A stretch of 64,000 bases of DNA. Source: a virus. Its lineage: Duplodnaviria > Heunggongvirae > Uroviricota > Caudoviricetes. The notes beneath the pieces were generated by a model, which ran no database searches, was not told where the DNA came from, and saw only the letters and a list, made by a program, of their open reading frames with translations. Shown here piece by piece: positions 10,066 through 18,429 of the stretch; the first letter of the stretch is position 1, and every line of letters begins with the position of its first letter. The stretch is from IMG/VR virus record IMGVR_UViG_3300031134_000466; one strand, written 5' to 3'. A program made the position numbers and the translations under genes.

Positions 10066-10685
10066 CCCTTGTTCTGTTTAGCCCATTCTACACCAGCAAG
10101 GAAAGCATCACGAGGACGCTCGTCCTTCCAGGAATCAGCAATGGCAGCAGCTTCAGGGTCAACATCGTCCTTCGTCTTCACGAAAACATCGCTCACCAGC
10201 ATGAAAGTGATACGAAGTCTATCCTGCATGAACATCACATCTCGGGAAATGTACTCAAGCCCATCTTTGTACTTGACCTGCATAGGACTCTCATTGAGAA
10301 TTCCATCAGAAATAAAGTCGTCAATCTCCCAGCCTTTTGCCTGAAGTCGCTCAGTGATTGTCGATGCGTACTCAGTACGGTAAGCGTAACGCTCTTTCTT
10401 CTTTCGGTCGAAGTACTTGTCGCCGTAGCGATATGCAACGTAAAGACCTGCTGCAATGACTGCAAAACCGATGACGGTGCCAAAGAACTCGTTCACTGTC
10501 TTACCGAACATGGTGAAAAAGGGAACAAGGATGACAAGCGAGCCCAGGATGCCGGCAAGCATGAACAGGTTAGCTCGAAGCTTCTCGTCCCAGTCACTGA
10601 GACCGTAGAATCGCTTCATGTCAGGGTCAAAACTAATCCACTGCTCTTTGTAACGAGGAACAGGCTTGAAAGTCTCTACAGACAT
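10062..10685 (-). CDS. Membrane protein (2 TM)
   Basis: GGGAG SD 8 nt upstream; two hydrophobic helices. Confidence 0.55.
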   Translation of the reverse strand: MSVETFKPVPRYKEQWISFDPDMKRFYGLSDWDEKLRANLFMLAGILGSLVILVPFFTMFGKTVNEFFGTVIGFAVIAAGLYVAYRYGDKYFDRKKKERYAYRTEYASTITERLQAKGWEIDDFISDGILNESPMQVKYKDGLEYISRDVMFMQDRLRITFMLVSDVFVKTKDDVDPEAAAIADSWKDERPRDAFLAGVEWAKQNKG

Positions 10686-10758
10686 TATGAATCTCCCAAA
10701 ATAAGTCTGGCGAATAATATAGTCGTCAGTCTACCAAGGAAAAGCAGGAAAAGCAACC

Positions 10759-11367
10759 TTAGTCGTCAGATACTTGCTGCCACGCAACTGCAGCATCATT
10801 CCACTCCAGAGCATTGTCGATGTCACCAACCCATTCTCTTACTGATGGCAGCCGGTCACCATTCAAGAAGTTCCGCTTGATTTTCAAGCGTGGGACATAG
10901 AAGCCACCGACTTTTTCTAAGGAACTATGCAAGTTCTCAGTGGGAAGGAACTTGTCAAGGATAGCTGCAAATTCGGGCACAGCTAACCATAGATTGTTCA
11001 CGGAAAGGAACGGAGCAGTGTCAACATGGATAGCACGGTAGAAGTTTACGTCTGAATCGTACATGTAACCGCTTGCTATCCCACCAAAGATTTGCGGTTC
11101 AAATTTGGGGCGGTAAGTGACTTTTCTTGTTTCACTCAACGGAGCATCAATTTTTATCAAGTCAGGAACATATCTTGATGCAGACTTCTCTGTTTTTAGG
11201 TGAAGCAGGTAACCTGTTTGGTCCCAAAAGATTAGACTGTTAGGTACGCTTTTCATCTGTTTCTTGCTCAATAAGTCAAGTTTCGCAAGTTCAGATTTTA
11301 GACTCAACCGACTGATGTCAGGATCGTTCGATAGCTCTTTTGTGTAAGAGTGTGAGGTAATGTTCAT
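10759..11367 (-). CDS. Hypothetical protein
   Basis: ORF in the same minus-strand operon. Confidence 0.5.
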   Translation of the reverse strand: MNITSHSYTKELSNDPDISRLSLKSELAKLDLLSKKQMKSVPNSLIFWDQTGYLLHLKTEKSASRYVPDLIKIDAPLSETRKVTYRPKFEPQIFGGIASGYMYDSDVNFYRAIHVDTAPFLSVNNLWLAVPEFAAILDKFLPTENLHSSLEKVGGFYVPRLKIKRNFLNGDRLPSVREWVGDIDNALEWNDAAVAWQQVSDD

Positions 11368-11369
11368 GA

Positions 11370-12155
11370 TTAGTTATTCACCGTTTCAAAGTAGTATCTA
11401 TTATCGTCATGTTCAACGAAGTGACGTTCAGAAATGTTCTCATTCCCATCTACATACACTTTCAGCTTCCCGCTTCGAACAGTTCCTTCTGTGATAACGG
11501 AAGACTCTCGTCTGGTGGTGCCGTATTCAGTAGAAGCAACATTGTAGTTAGTGAGAATCCATTTTTCGACATCAGTACTGCTGTTGTCAGTGAACCATCC
11601 ACCAGGTAGGAACACTGATACCACAGCCGCGACCGCAAAAATAGATGTCAGAAGAGCTACATGAGCTCCCAGCACATGACCAACAACCTCTTTCCTCTCA
11701 CCCTTAGAGAAGACAACAAAAACCATAGCTAACAAACCAGCAAAAATGACTATGGCCACAACTCGTGCCACCCAGGTGATGATAGACGTTGAACCATCAA
11801 CCCACTCTAAATATTGTGGGTTGGTATAGATCAGATGACCTTTTACCCGAGGTCCGAACAAACCAAGAGAAATAGAGGTGATGTAGAACACAACCCCCAG
11901 GATGGCTAACCAGATCAGTGCTTTTGATTTGGATTTAGAATAAGCAGTTCCAATGTCATTGGCAGTGTCTTTGAAAAATGCTTTACTGTCACCAATCATA
12001 TTTTCTGGACTCAGAGGATCAGTTGAAGTGTTGGAAACAGTTTTAGGCTCAGGCTTTTTCTCTTCAAAATCATTTTTGGAGAAGCCGGTAATAAGATCAT
12101 CAGACATAGTATGTGATCCTATCATGAGTGCATTAGACGCATGAATAAAAGTCAA
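11370..12155 (-). CDS. Membrane protein (4 TM)
   Basis: Hydrophobic helices; first gene of the minus-strand operon. Confidence 0.5.
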   Translation of the reverse strand: MTFIHASNALMIGSHTMSDDLITGFSKNDFEEKKPEPKTVSNTSTDPLSPENMIGDSKAFFKDTANDIGTAYSKSKSKALIWLAILGVVFYITSISLGLFGPRVKGHLIYTNPQYLEWVDGSTSIITWVARVVAIVIFAGLLAMVFVVFSKGERKEVVGHVLGAHVALLTSIFAVAAVVSVFLPGGWFTDNSSTDVEKWILTNYNVASTEYGTTRRESSVITEGTVRSGKLKVYVDGNENISERHFVEHDDNRYYFETVNN

Positions 12156-12331
12156 ATCTTTAGCAAAAGAAAGTGTTTTAGGGGAATCAAAAATACTTTC
12201 TTAGCGTTATACAAAGACCACCAATACCCGATAGTTATTAACCCCATACCGCTCAATTTATCAAGTCTCAAAAACGTGCCTCAAAACAGGACGATGGTAG
12301 ACTTCCCGTACTGAACTACTAAGAAGGAAAC

Positions 12332-13324
12332 ATGTCAGAAGAAAACAACCTCGAACCTCGTGAGCAGCAGCACCCAGCTTATGAGGCAATCAACTGGAAC
12401 AACGTCGATGAGTTCGACAACGCTGTTTGGCAGAAACTTACCAGTAACTTCTGGTTGCCAGAAAAAGTCTCTGTTTCCAACGACCGTAAAACATGGGAAA
12501 CCTTGTCTGATGCAGAAAAGAAGCTGGTTCTCCATGTCTTTACTGGTCTGACAATGCTTGACACCATTCAGGGTCGTTTCGGTGCTTTGAGTATTATGAA
12601 AGATGCAACTTCGTTGTTCGAAGAAGCTGTGTACACAAACATTGCGTTTATGGAGAATGTTCACGCTAAGAGCTACTCTTCTATCTTCTCTACTCTGTCC
12701 ACCACAAAGGACATTAACCAGTCCTTCAACTGGTCACAGCATAATGAGTTCCTTCGTAAGAAGGAAGAAATCATCATGTCCTACTACCGCGACACCGAGC
12801 ACCCTTTAGCTCCTCAGCGTCGTAAGATTGCTTCAACCCTGCTTGAATCCTTCTTGTTCTACTCAGGTTTCTACCTTCCTCTGTACATGAACTCACAGGC
12901 TAAGCTCACAAACTCAGCTGACATCATCAAGCTGATTATTCGTGACGAAGCAGTTCACGGTTTCTACATTGGTAAAAAGTACCAGGACAGCATTGAAGAA
13001 CTGGATGAGGCTACTAAAGCTGAACTCAAAGACTTCACCTACGAATTGCTTCTCGACTTGTTCGATAACGAAATTCGTTACACTCAGGACTTGTATGATG
13101 AGTTCGGTCTTACCGAAGACGTAATTGCTTTCTTGAAGTACAACGCAAACAAGGCTCTTGCTAACTTGGGCTATGAGCCTTTGTTCCCTGACCCTGAAGT
13201 ATCTGCAGCTATCACTTCGCAGCTCAACGCAGGTTCTGACACGCACGACTTCTTCAGTGGAAGTGGAGCATCCTACGTGATGACCACTCGTGAAGAGTTG
13301 GCTGAAGAGGACTGGGACTTCTAA
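12332..13324 (+). CDS. nrdF: Class Ib ribonucleotide reductase beta subunit
   Basis: Close match to the NrdF N-terminus (AINWN...WQKLTSNFWLPEKV...FTGLTMLDTIQG); AAGGAAA SD. Confidence 0.9.
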   Translation: MSEENNLEPREQQHPAYEAINWNNVDEFDNAVWQKLTSNFWLPEKVSVSNDRKTWETLSDAEKKLVLHVFTGLTMLDTIQGRFGALSIMKDATSLFEEAVYTNIAFMENVHAKSYSSIFSTLSTTKDINQSFNWSQHNEFLRKKEEIIMSYYRDTEHPLAPQRRKIASTLLESFLFYSGFYLPLYMNSQAKLTNSADIIKLIIRDEAVHGFYIGKKYQDSIEELDEATKAELKDFTYELLLDLFDNEIRYTQDLYDEFGLTEDVIAFLKYNANKALANLGYEPLFPDPEVSAAITSQLNAGSDTHDFFSGSGASYVMTTREELAEEDWDF

Positions 13325-13350
13325 TCTACACTGACATGTAGCTTCTTAGG

Positions 13351-13387
13351 AGGGCTGACACTGAATACAAATTTTCAGTGTCAGCCC
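13351..13387 (+). terminator. Hairpin terminator after nrdF
   Basis: agggctgacactga/tcagtgtcagccct 14-bp perfect stem. Confidence 0.6.
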
Positions 13388-13615
13388 TCCTTGTGTTAAC
13401 AGACCAGAAACGTATCCCATTAGCCGCAGACGCCCATCTGCTGCCCTAATACCCTTCATTCACTCAAGTGGACGGCTTACACTACCCAACCTCTTAGACG
13501 CCGTTTTAGTAAGAAACTGCTTTATAGGGTTACCGAGTTGCATTCTTCGGACCTTCCTGCTAAGGTAAGGAACATACAGTCCTTATTCGTTCCACCAGGA
13601 AGAAACAAAGCTTTT

Positions 13616-14050
13616 ATGTTTGATGAGATTGGCTCGGCGCCTCAGACCCGGTACAAGCCCCGTGCGGGCGTTGTGCAGTTCCCTGAGAAGACTGCTCTTT
13701 CCAACCGTCAGCGTTCCTACCTGGATATTGCTGTTCGCCTCGCTGAGTCCTCGGATGCAAGCTTCAAGCACGGAGCAGTTATTGTTCGTGGCGGCAGCGT
13801 TCTTGCTGTCGGAGTGAACAAGTGGAAGAATCGTGACCTTCCTCCGACTCCCCCTGATGTGTACAACCCTGACATCACTGTCCACGCTGAGATTGATGCT
13901 CTTTCCCGAGTGAAGGACGCTCGCGGAACCACTGTCTACATTGCCCGAGTCACCCGTAGCGGCGACGAGCGTTTCTCTCGCCCCTGCAACCGTTGCGAGA
14001 AGGCTCTCATCGAGGCTGGAGTCAAGCGGGTCGTCTACACGGTAGGCTAA
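13616..14050 (+). CDS. dCMP/cytidine deaminase family protein
   Basis: HAEIDAL and PCNRCEKAL zinc motifs; start chosen at the Met with an upstream AGGAAGAAA SD (the ORF is open from 13538). Confidence 0.75.
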   Translation: MFDEIGSAPQTRYKPRAGVVQFPEKTALSNRQRSYLDIAVRLAESSDASFKHGAVIVRGGSVLAVGVNKWKNRDLPPTPPDVYNPDITVHAEIDALSRVKDARGTTVYIARVTRSGDERFSRPCNRCEKALIEAGVKRVVYTVG

Positions 14051-14127
14051 GACAAATAATTCCTAAGGCTGAACGTTTTACTGATAAAGTAAACGTTCAG
14101 CCTTATCTGTTTAACGAAAGAACCCTG

Positions 14128-14343
14128 ATGACTTGTCCACACTGTGCAATGGTAAACGAATGGCATCAATACAATTGCCCCACTGTACCCAAATTCGAAG
14201 ACATCTATGATGGACACCATTATTGGATTGCCTTCATGGATAGCCCTTATGCTTCATGTGCCTGGTGTGGAAAGATGAAAGGCAAACTTTCGTCAGCCCC
14301 AGATGCCCAATGTCGAGGAATCGTAAGAGTAGGATTACGTTAA
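14128..14343 (+). CDS. Small Cys-rich (zinc-ribbon-like) protein
   Basis: CPHC...C-x-C...CAWC pattern; weak RBS. Confidence 0.35.
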   Translation: MTCPHCAMVNEWHQYNCPTVPKFEDIYDGHHYWIAFMDSPYASCAWCGKMKGKLSSAPDAQCRGIVRVGLR

Positions 14344-14386
14344 CTGAAAGAAGCCCTGACTTATAACCAGTCAGGGCTTCTTTCAG
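14344..14386. terminator. Bidirectional hairpin terminator
   Basis: ctgaaagaagccctgac/gtcagggcttctttcag. Confidence 0.6.
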
Positions 14387-14394
14387 TTAATCAG

Positions 14395-16512
14395 TTACAG
14401 TTCACGACGACCTGTACGCAGTTCACGAAGCATACGCTCGTAAGCATATCCTGTCATTTCAGCGTCATTGTAAGCACGGTGAGCGCCAAGGTAAGGAACA
14501 TTGTAGCGGGCAGTGAATGAAGAGAGCTTATCGTTCGGAACATCAGTCAGAAGACGACGAGACAGTTTCAAAGTGTCAAGAATTTTGATTTTCTTGTGCT
14601 TCACAGCATCAGCAAAACCAGGAACATGTGTGGACATCCAACGCTGTTCAAAAGTCTTGTTGTGAGCCATCATGATACCAACATTTGTCAGCTGGTCAAG
14701 AACAGCAGTACCTTCAGCAGGGTTCAAGAACTGACGCTTCTTCGCAATCTGAGTTTCAGTAATACCATGCACTTCACTGTTGCCTGTGCTGCGAGTCAGG
14801 AGAGCTTTCTTCGAAAGACCGTAAAGCTTGCTTGTCTTAGCTTTCTCAGTGTCATTACGAGTCAGAGTAGAGTTACGGTAGTTGGTACGAACGGATGCAC
14901 CATACTCGATGATGCTACCTGAAGTAGGCTGAGAACCGGCAGTTTCCAAATCAACACTCACATAGTCAGGAAGCGTTTCCTGCTTAGCTGCCGTGACGTA
15001 GAGGCTACGAAGCTGAGCCGCAACATAGGTTCGGTCTTTGCGATTCTCATCATCGAAGTTGCCAGCAAACTCCTGCTCAACAACCTTAGAATCAACACCA
15101 CGCATTGTTGCAACTTCAGTGAAGATTTCCTGCTTCTCTTTGTTACTCAAGCTGGAGTTCAGAGCGTTCTGAGAGAAACCACGAGCGCGGTTACGTCCTT
15201 CCCAAGTACCAGCCTTACGGGAAGCAAGCTCGGTGTTGAACTTCTTCACAGCTTCAAGGTTGCCAGCAGCTTCCTGCTCAAGCTCAGGAGTCATAGTGAA
15301 ATGGTATTCACGGTATTCACGGTCGTCAATGACAACTGCAACCATACCACGCTTGAAACCAGCAGCCTGAGCATACCAAAGAGTCTGAGCTCGGTAAGTG
15401 TCAGGAACACCATCCAAACCATCTTCAGGGTTACCCCATTTGCCAGCAACAGAAGCAGTCTTGATTTCGACAATACCGTCAGGGTTACCATCCTTGTCAG
15501 CCATCAGACCGTCAAAGTTAGCAAACTGGAACTCGTTCTCGTTGTGCTTCCAAGAAGACTTGCAGAAAGTGATGTTGTCGTCAGGGTTGTTCTGCACAAC
15601 CTGGAGGAAGATTCGCTTCTCCCAAGCGTTACCACGACCAGCCGCGCCAGCATACTCTTCGTTGTTCAGTGCCTGCTCAGCAACCTGCTCATCAGTGATG
15701 GGTTCAAGCTTGGACTGCATGATTTCTTCATAGCTGTTGTAAGCACCCTTGACTCGCTTGATGGCTCCAACATCTGAACCACCAATACCTTTCTGACGCT
15801 GCTCAAGCCATTCACGAGTACCTGACTCGAACTCAGCAGTCTTAGTGAGTTCATTCAGCGTCTCTTTGTCATACTCACGCCATTCGCCAGCTTCACGAAG
15901 ACGGTTCTCTTCAAGGTCGGCAAGGTGAGCCACAACAGGTGCTGCAACGTCTTTGTACTCGTTAATCTGACGGCGGAGGAGACTGACTTCTTCGTTGATG
16001 TCAATCATCGCAAGTTCCTTCTGACGAACATCTTCGTAAAGGAACGCAGGGTCTTCTTCCCACTTCTTCTTCAGAAGGTCACGGTCAGCTTTAGTCTCCT
16101 CAAGAAGCTGCATGTTTGCATCACGCTTCTCAAGCAGGGCAGTAAAGTCTTCAGAGTTGATACGGTCCTGGATGAAGCTTTCCATGGCTTCCTCATCACC
16201 TGATTCAATCAGGCGGGCAGCTTCAGCTTTATCCTCTTCAACGGTCTTCAGAGCTTTCTGGTGACCGTAGGAACTAACAGGAGTGTAGGTACGCTCCATA
16301 GCTTCCTTCAAAATAGACATAGCAAGCAGGCTCTCAACATCGTTTGTGTTGTTCAGCTGCTTCTCAACCAGCTCAGCATTCTTGTGCTGATGATACTGGT
16401 ACTCAGTCATGTGTTCTCCGTTTATCAGTGTGCATTTCTTCTGTGCAGGGCAACGGACCCAATCGCCTTGCCTCTTGCCTGATTGCTGTTTATGGTAGTT
16501 CTTCATGGTCAA
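14395..16512 (-). CDS. Fusion protein: coiled-coil N-terminus, YqaJ/lambda-exonuclease-like PD-(D/E)xK domain, and C-terminal DnaQ-like 3'-5' exonuclease
   Basis: YqaJ motifs DGxxDGIVEIKT and YRAQTLWYAQAAG; DEDD motifs DLETAG (Exo I), HNKTFEQRW (Exo II), HRAYNDAEM (Exo III). Confidence 0.75.
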   Translation of the reverse strand: MTMKNYHKQQSGKRQGDWVRCPAQKKCTLINGEHMTEYQYHQHKNAELVEKQLNNTNDVESLLAMSILKEAMERTYTPVSSYGHQKALKTVEEDKAEAARLIESGDEEAMESFIQDRINSEDFTALLEKRDANMQLLEETKADRDLLKKKWEEDPAFLYEDVRQKELAMIDINEEVSLLRRQINEYKDVAAPVVAHLADLEENRLREAGEWREYDKETLNELTKTAEFESGTREWLEQRQKGIGGSDVGAIKRVKGAYNSYEEIMQSKLEPITDEQVAEQALNNEEYAGAAGRGNAWEKRIFLQVVQNNPDDNITFCKSSWKHNENEFQFANFDGLMADKDGNPDGIVEIKTASVAGKWGNPEDGLDGVPDTYRAQTLWYAQAAGFKRGMVAVVIDDREYREYHFTMTPELEQEAAGNLEAVKKFNTELASRKAGTWEGRNRARGFSQNALNSSLSNKEKQEIFTEVATMRGVDSKVVEQEFAGNFDDENRKDRTYVAAQLRSLYVTAAKQETLPDYVSVDLETAGSQPTSGSIIEYGASVRTNYRNSTLTRNDTEKAKTSKLYGLSKKALLTRSTGNSEVHGITETQIAKKRQFLNPAEGTAVLDQLTNVGIMMAHNKTFEQRWMSTHVPGFADAVKHKKIKILDTLKLSRRLLTDVPNDKLSSFTARYNVPYLGAHRAYNDAEMTGYAYERMLRELRTGRREL

Positions 16513-16555
16513 TCTCTAACCTACCGCATTAACGTTTGAACCGCAAATCGAGCTT

Positions 16556-17479
16556 TTAGTGAAGATGGGAGAAGTTTTTTACAGCATCAACAGAAACACC
16601 GTTGACTAACGGCTCTAACTCTTTAAGGAAAGAGTTCAGTTCACCTTCATCAGTAGCATGGAGTGTTTTTGAAGCGATTGTCAAAGCTCTACGACCAAGA
16701 AGAAGAGCTGCAAACTGATTCAAACCGTAATCACTCACTGATCTGCCCAGAAGAGTCTCATATTCTTGACGAGCAACTGTCCACAGTTCAGGACGACGCA
16801 TCCGGTGAACCAGGTGAAGATACAGATGAGCTAAATCATATTCGCGTGGAGCAGCTCTTGATTCTTCGAAGGAAGTCCAGACAACACTGTAGTCTTCTTT
16901 CATCACTAAGTTCTCTGGTGTGGCACGTCCATGACTGACAACATTGATTTCAGGTGTTGAAGAAATCATGTTGGTAACAGGCTGAATAATTACTTTGAAC
17001 AAATCCCGTAAACGGTTCTGATTCTCAGCAGTCAAATACTTGAACGAAGGAGAACCCAGCTTCTCTCCGTAGCGTAAGTAGTCATCATTGGAGCTTTCAT
17101 TCAACTGAGGATACTTCAAGCTGTTGTGGATGTAGAACAGTTCCCGTGCTGCGTGAGCTGCTTGCATGGGGTTCATGTTAGTCCCAATTGGATACAGACG
17201 TTCCCATTCCCAAGCGGACAGTACAAGAGGTAACCCTCGTGATGACCTATGGTGAACATTGTCGAATAGAGGGTTTGTACCGTAAGTGGTGTTTACTGCG
17301 AAATCAATTTCTGTTTGCAGAGGAGCTGGGTTAGTTTCTGGCCGGAGGAGCTTGACAAATACACGTTCGTTATCACTGAGAATGTGATGAGGGGAACGGT
17401 TCAAAGAGTCTAATCTCACGATACCGTAGGTGATGTAATTCTGGCTAAGAATTCGGCACACTTCGTGAACAAGATTCAT
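16556..17479 (-). CDS. Kinase-like (APH/ChoK-fold) phosphotransferase, possibly catalytically divergent
   Basis: HGRATPEN in place of the HGDxxPxN catalytic loop; DLAHLY downstream. Confidence 0.4.
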   Translation of the reverse strand: MNLVHEVCRILSQNYITYGIVRLDSLNRSPHHILSDNERVFVKLLRPETNPAPLQTEIDFAVNTTYGTNPLFDNVHHRSSRGLPLVLSAWEWERLYPIGTNMNPMQAAHAARELFYIHNSLKYPQLNESSNDDYLRYGEKLGSPSFKYLTAENQNRLRDLFKVIIQPVTNMISSTPEINVVSHGRATPENLVMKEDYSVVWTSFEESRAAPREYDLAHLYLHLVHRMRRPELWTVARQEYETLLGRSVSDYGLNQFAALLLGRRALTIASKTLHATDEGELNSFLKELEPLVNGVSVDAVKNFSHLH

Positions 17480-17597
17480 GGGGGTTGGCGACTTCTTTCT
17501 TCCAGGTGCAAAGGCGTAACCCTTCTATTATCGGGTAATGAAAGCCTTACTGCAGAAACTGTGGCAAAAAGAGTTGATCCGATAGACTATTTTTACT

Positions 17598-18269
17598 ATG
17601 ACTGATAAGAAAACCTACCCCTCCCCTTCACTCCTGGTCCTTGCTTTCCACGAAACCTACGGCCAGCCTGTTCGCACTGAACCTGTTTATGATGTTCCTG
17701 AGAAGCTTATGCGATCCGAACTGATCCTTGAAGAAGCAAGCGAGTTCTGGGACGCCAACAAAGCTAACGATTTAGTCGAAATGGCTGATGCTTTAGCTGA
17801 CCTTGTTTACGTAGCTTACGGTGCAGCAATCACCCATGGTGTCGACGTTGACGCTTCCTTCGGTGGACACAAAGAAACCCCTGCTGAGGTCTTGCGTGTT
17901 GTTCACCGCCGCCAGCGTCAGAAGATTCGTCCAATTCCAACATTGAACGTTCTTTCCCGCAACATGACTGCCTCAGGTTTGAACAAAACAGCTGTTGCTT
18001 ACGACAACTACGTTCGTCACACTCTTGAAGGTAACCCAGACCAGATTCGTGCGTTATTGACCACAATCATCTCCAGTGCTTACTTTGCAGCTTTTTCCTT
18101 AGGCATCGACTTGGATGACGTTCTGGAAGAAGTGCAGCGTTCCAACATGTCCAAGCTTGGTGAAGACGGCAAGCCAATCTACCGTGAAGATGGAAAGGTT
18201 CTCAAAGGACCAAACTTCTTCACACCTGACATTGCAGCTGTTTTGAAGCGTCAAGGTTGGAAAGGCTGA
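17598..18269 (+). CDS. All-alpha NTP pyrophosphohydrolase (MazG / dimeric-dUTPase-like)
   Basis: ExxE and ExxD metal-binding helices (LILEEASEF, LVEMADALADL). Confidence 0.5.
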   Translation: MTDKKTYPSPSLLVLAFHETYGQPVRTEPVYDVPEKLMRSELILEEASEFWDANKANDLVEMADALADLVYVAYGAAITHGVDVDASFGGHKETPAEVLRVVHRRQRQKIRPIPTLNVLSRNMTASGLNKTAVAYDNYVRHTLEGNPDQIRALLTTIISSAYFAAFSLGIDLDDVLEEVQRSNMSKLGEDGKPIYREDGKVLKGPNFFTPDIAAVLKRQGWKG

Positions 18270-18293
18270 AAAGCCCTGAACATTGAATTGTAA

Positions 18294-18328
18294 TTTTGTC
18301 CCCCACAAGAACCTTGTGGGGGACAAAA
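18294..18328 (+). terminator. Hairpin terminator
   Basis: ttttgtcccccacaag/cttgtgggggacaaaa. Confidence 0.6.
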
Positions 18329-18429
18329 TACTTTAATAAACTTTCACTCACCCTTGGTTCAAACTGGCTTTTGTCGGAGGTTTCCGATAGAATAAAGTAA
18401 CCCAGTAAACAAGAAAGCAGGCACATTCG

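Noticed and set aside
12156-12331. Searched the nrdF upstream region for NrdR boxes (16-bp palindromes with about 31-bp spacing)
   Set aside because: No convincing acaCwAtATaTwGtgt-like palindrome pair was found.
13993-14343. 116-aa ORF overlapping the end of the deaminase gene
   Set aside because: The 5' part overlaps the deaminase in another frame. Only the downstream Cys-rich part from the Met at 14128 was kept, as a low-confidence small zinc-ribbon ORF.
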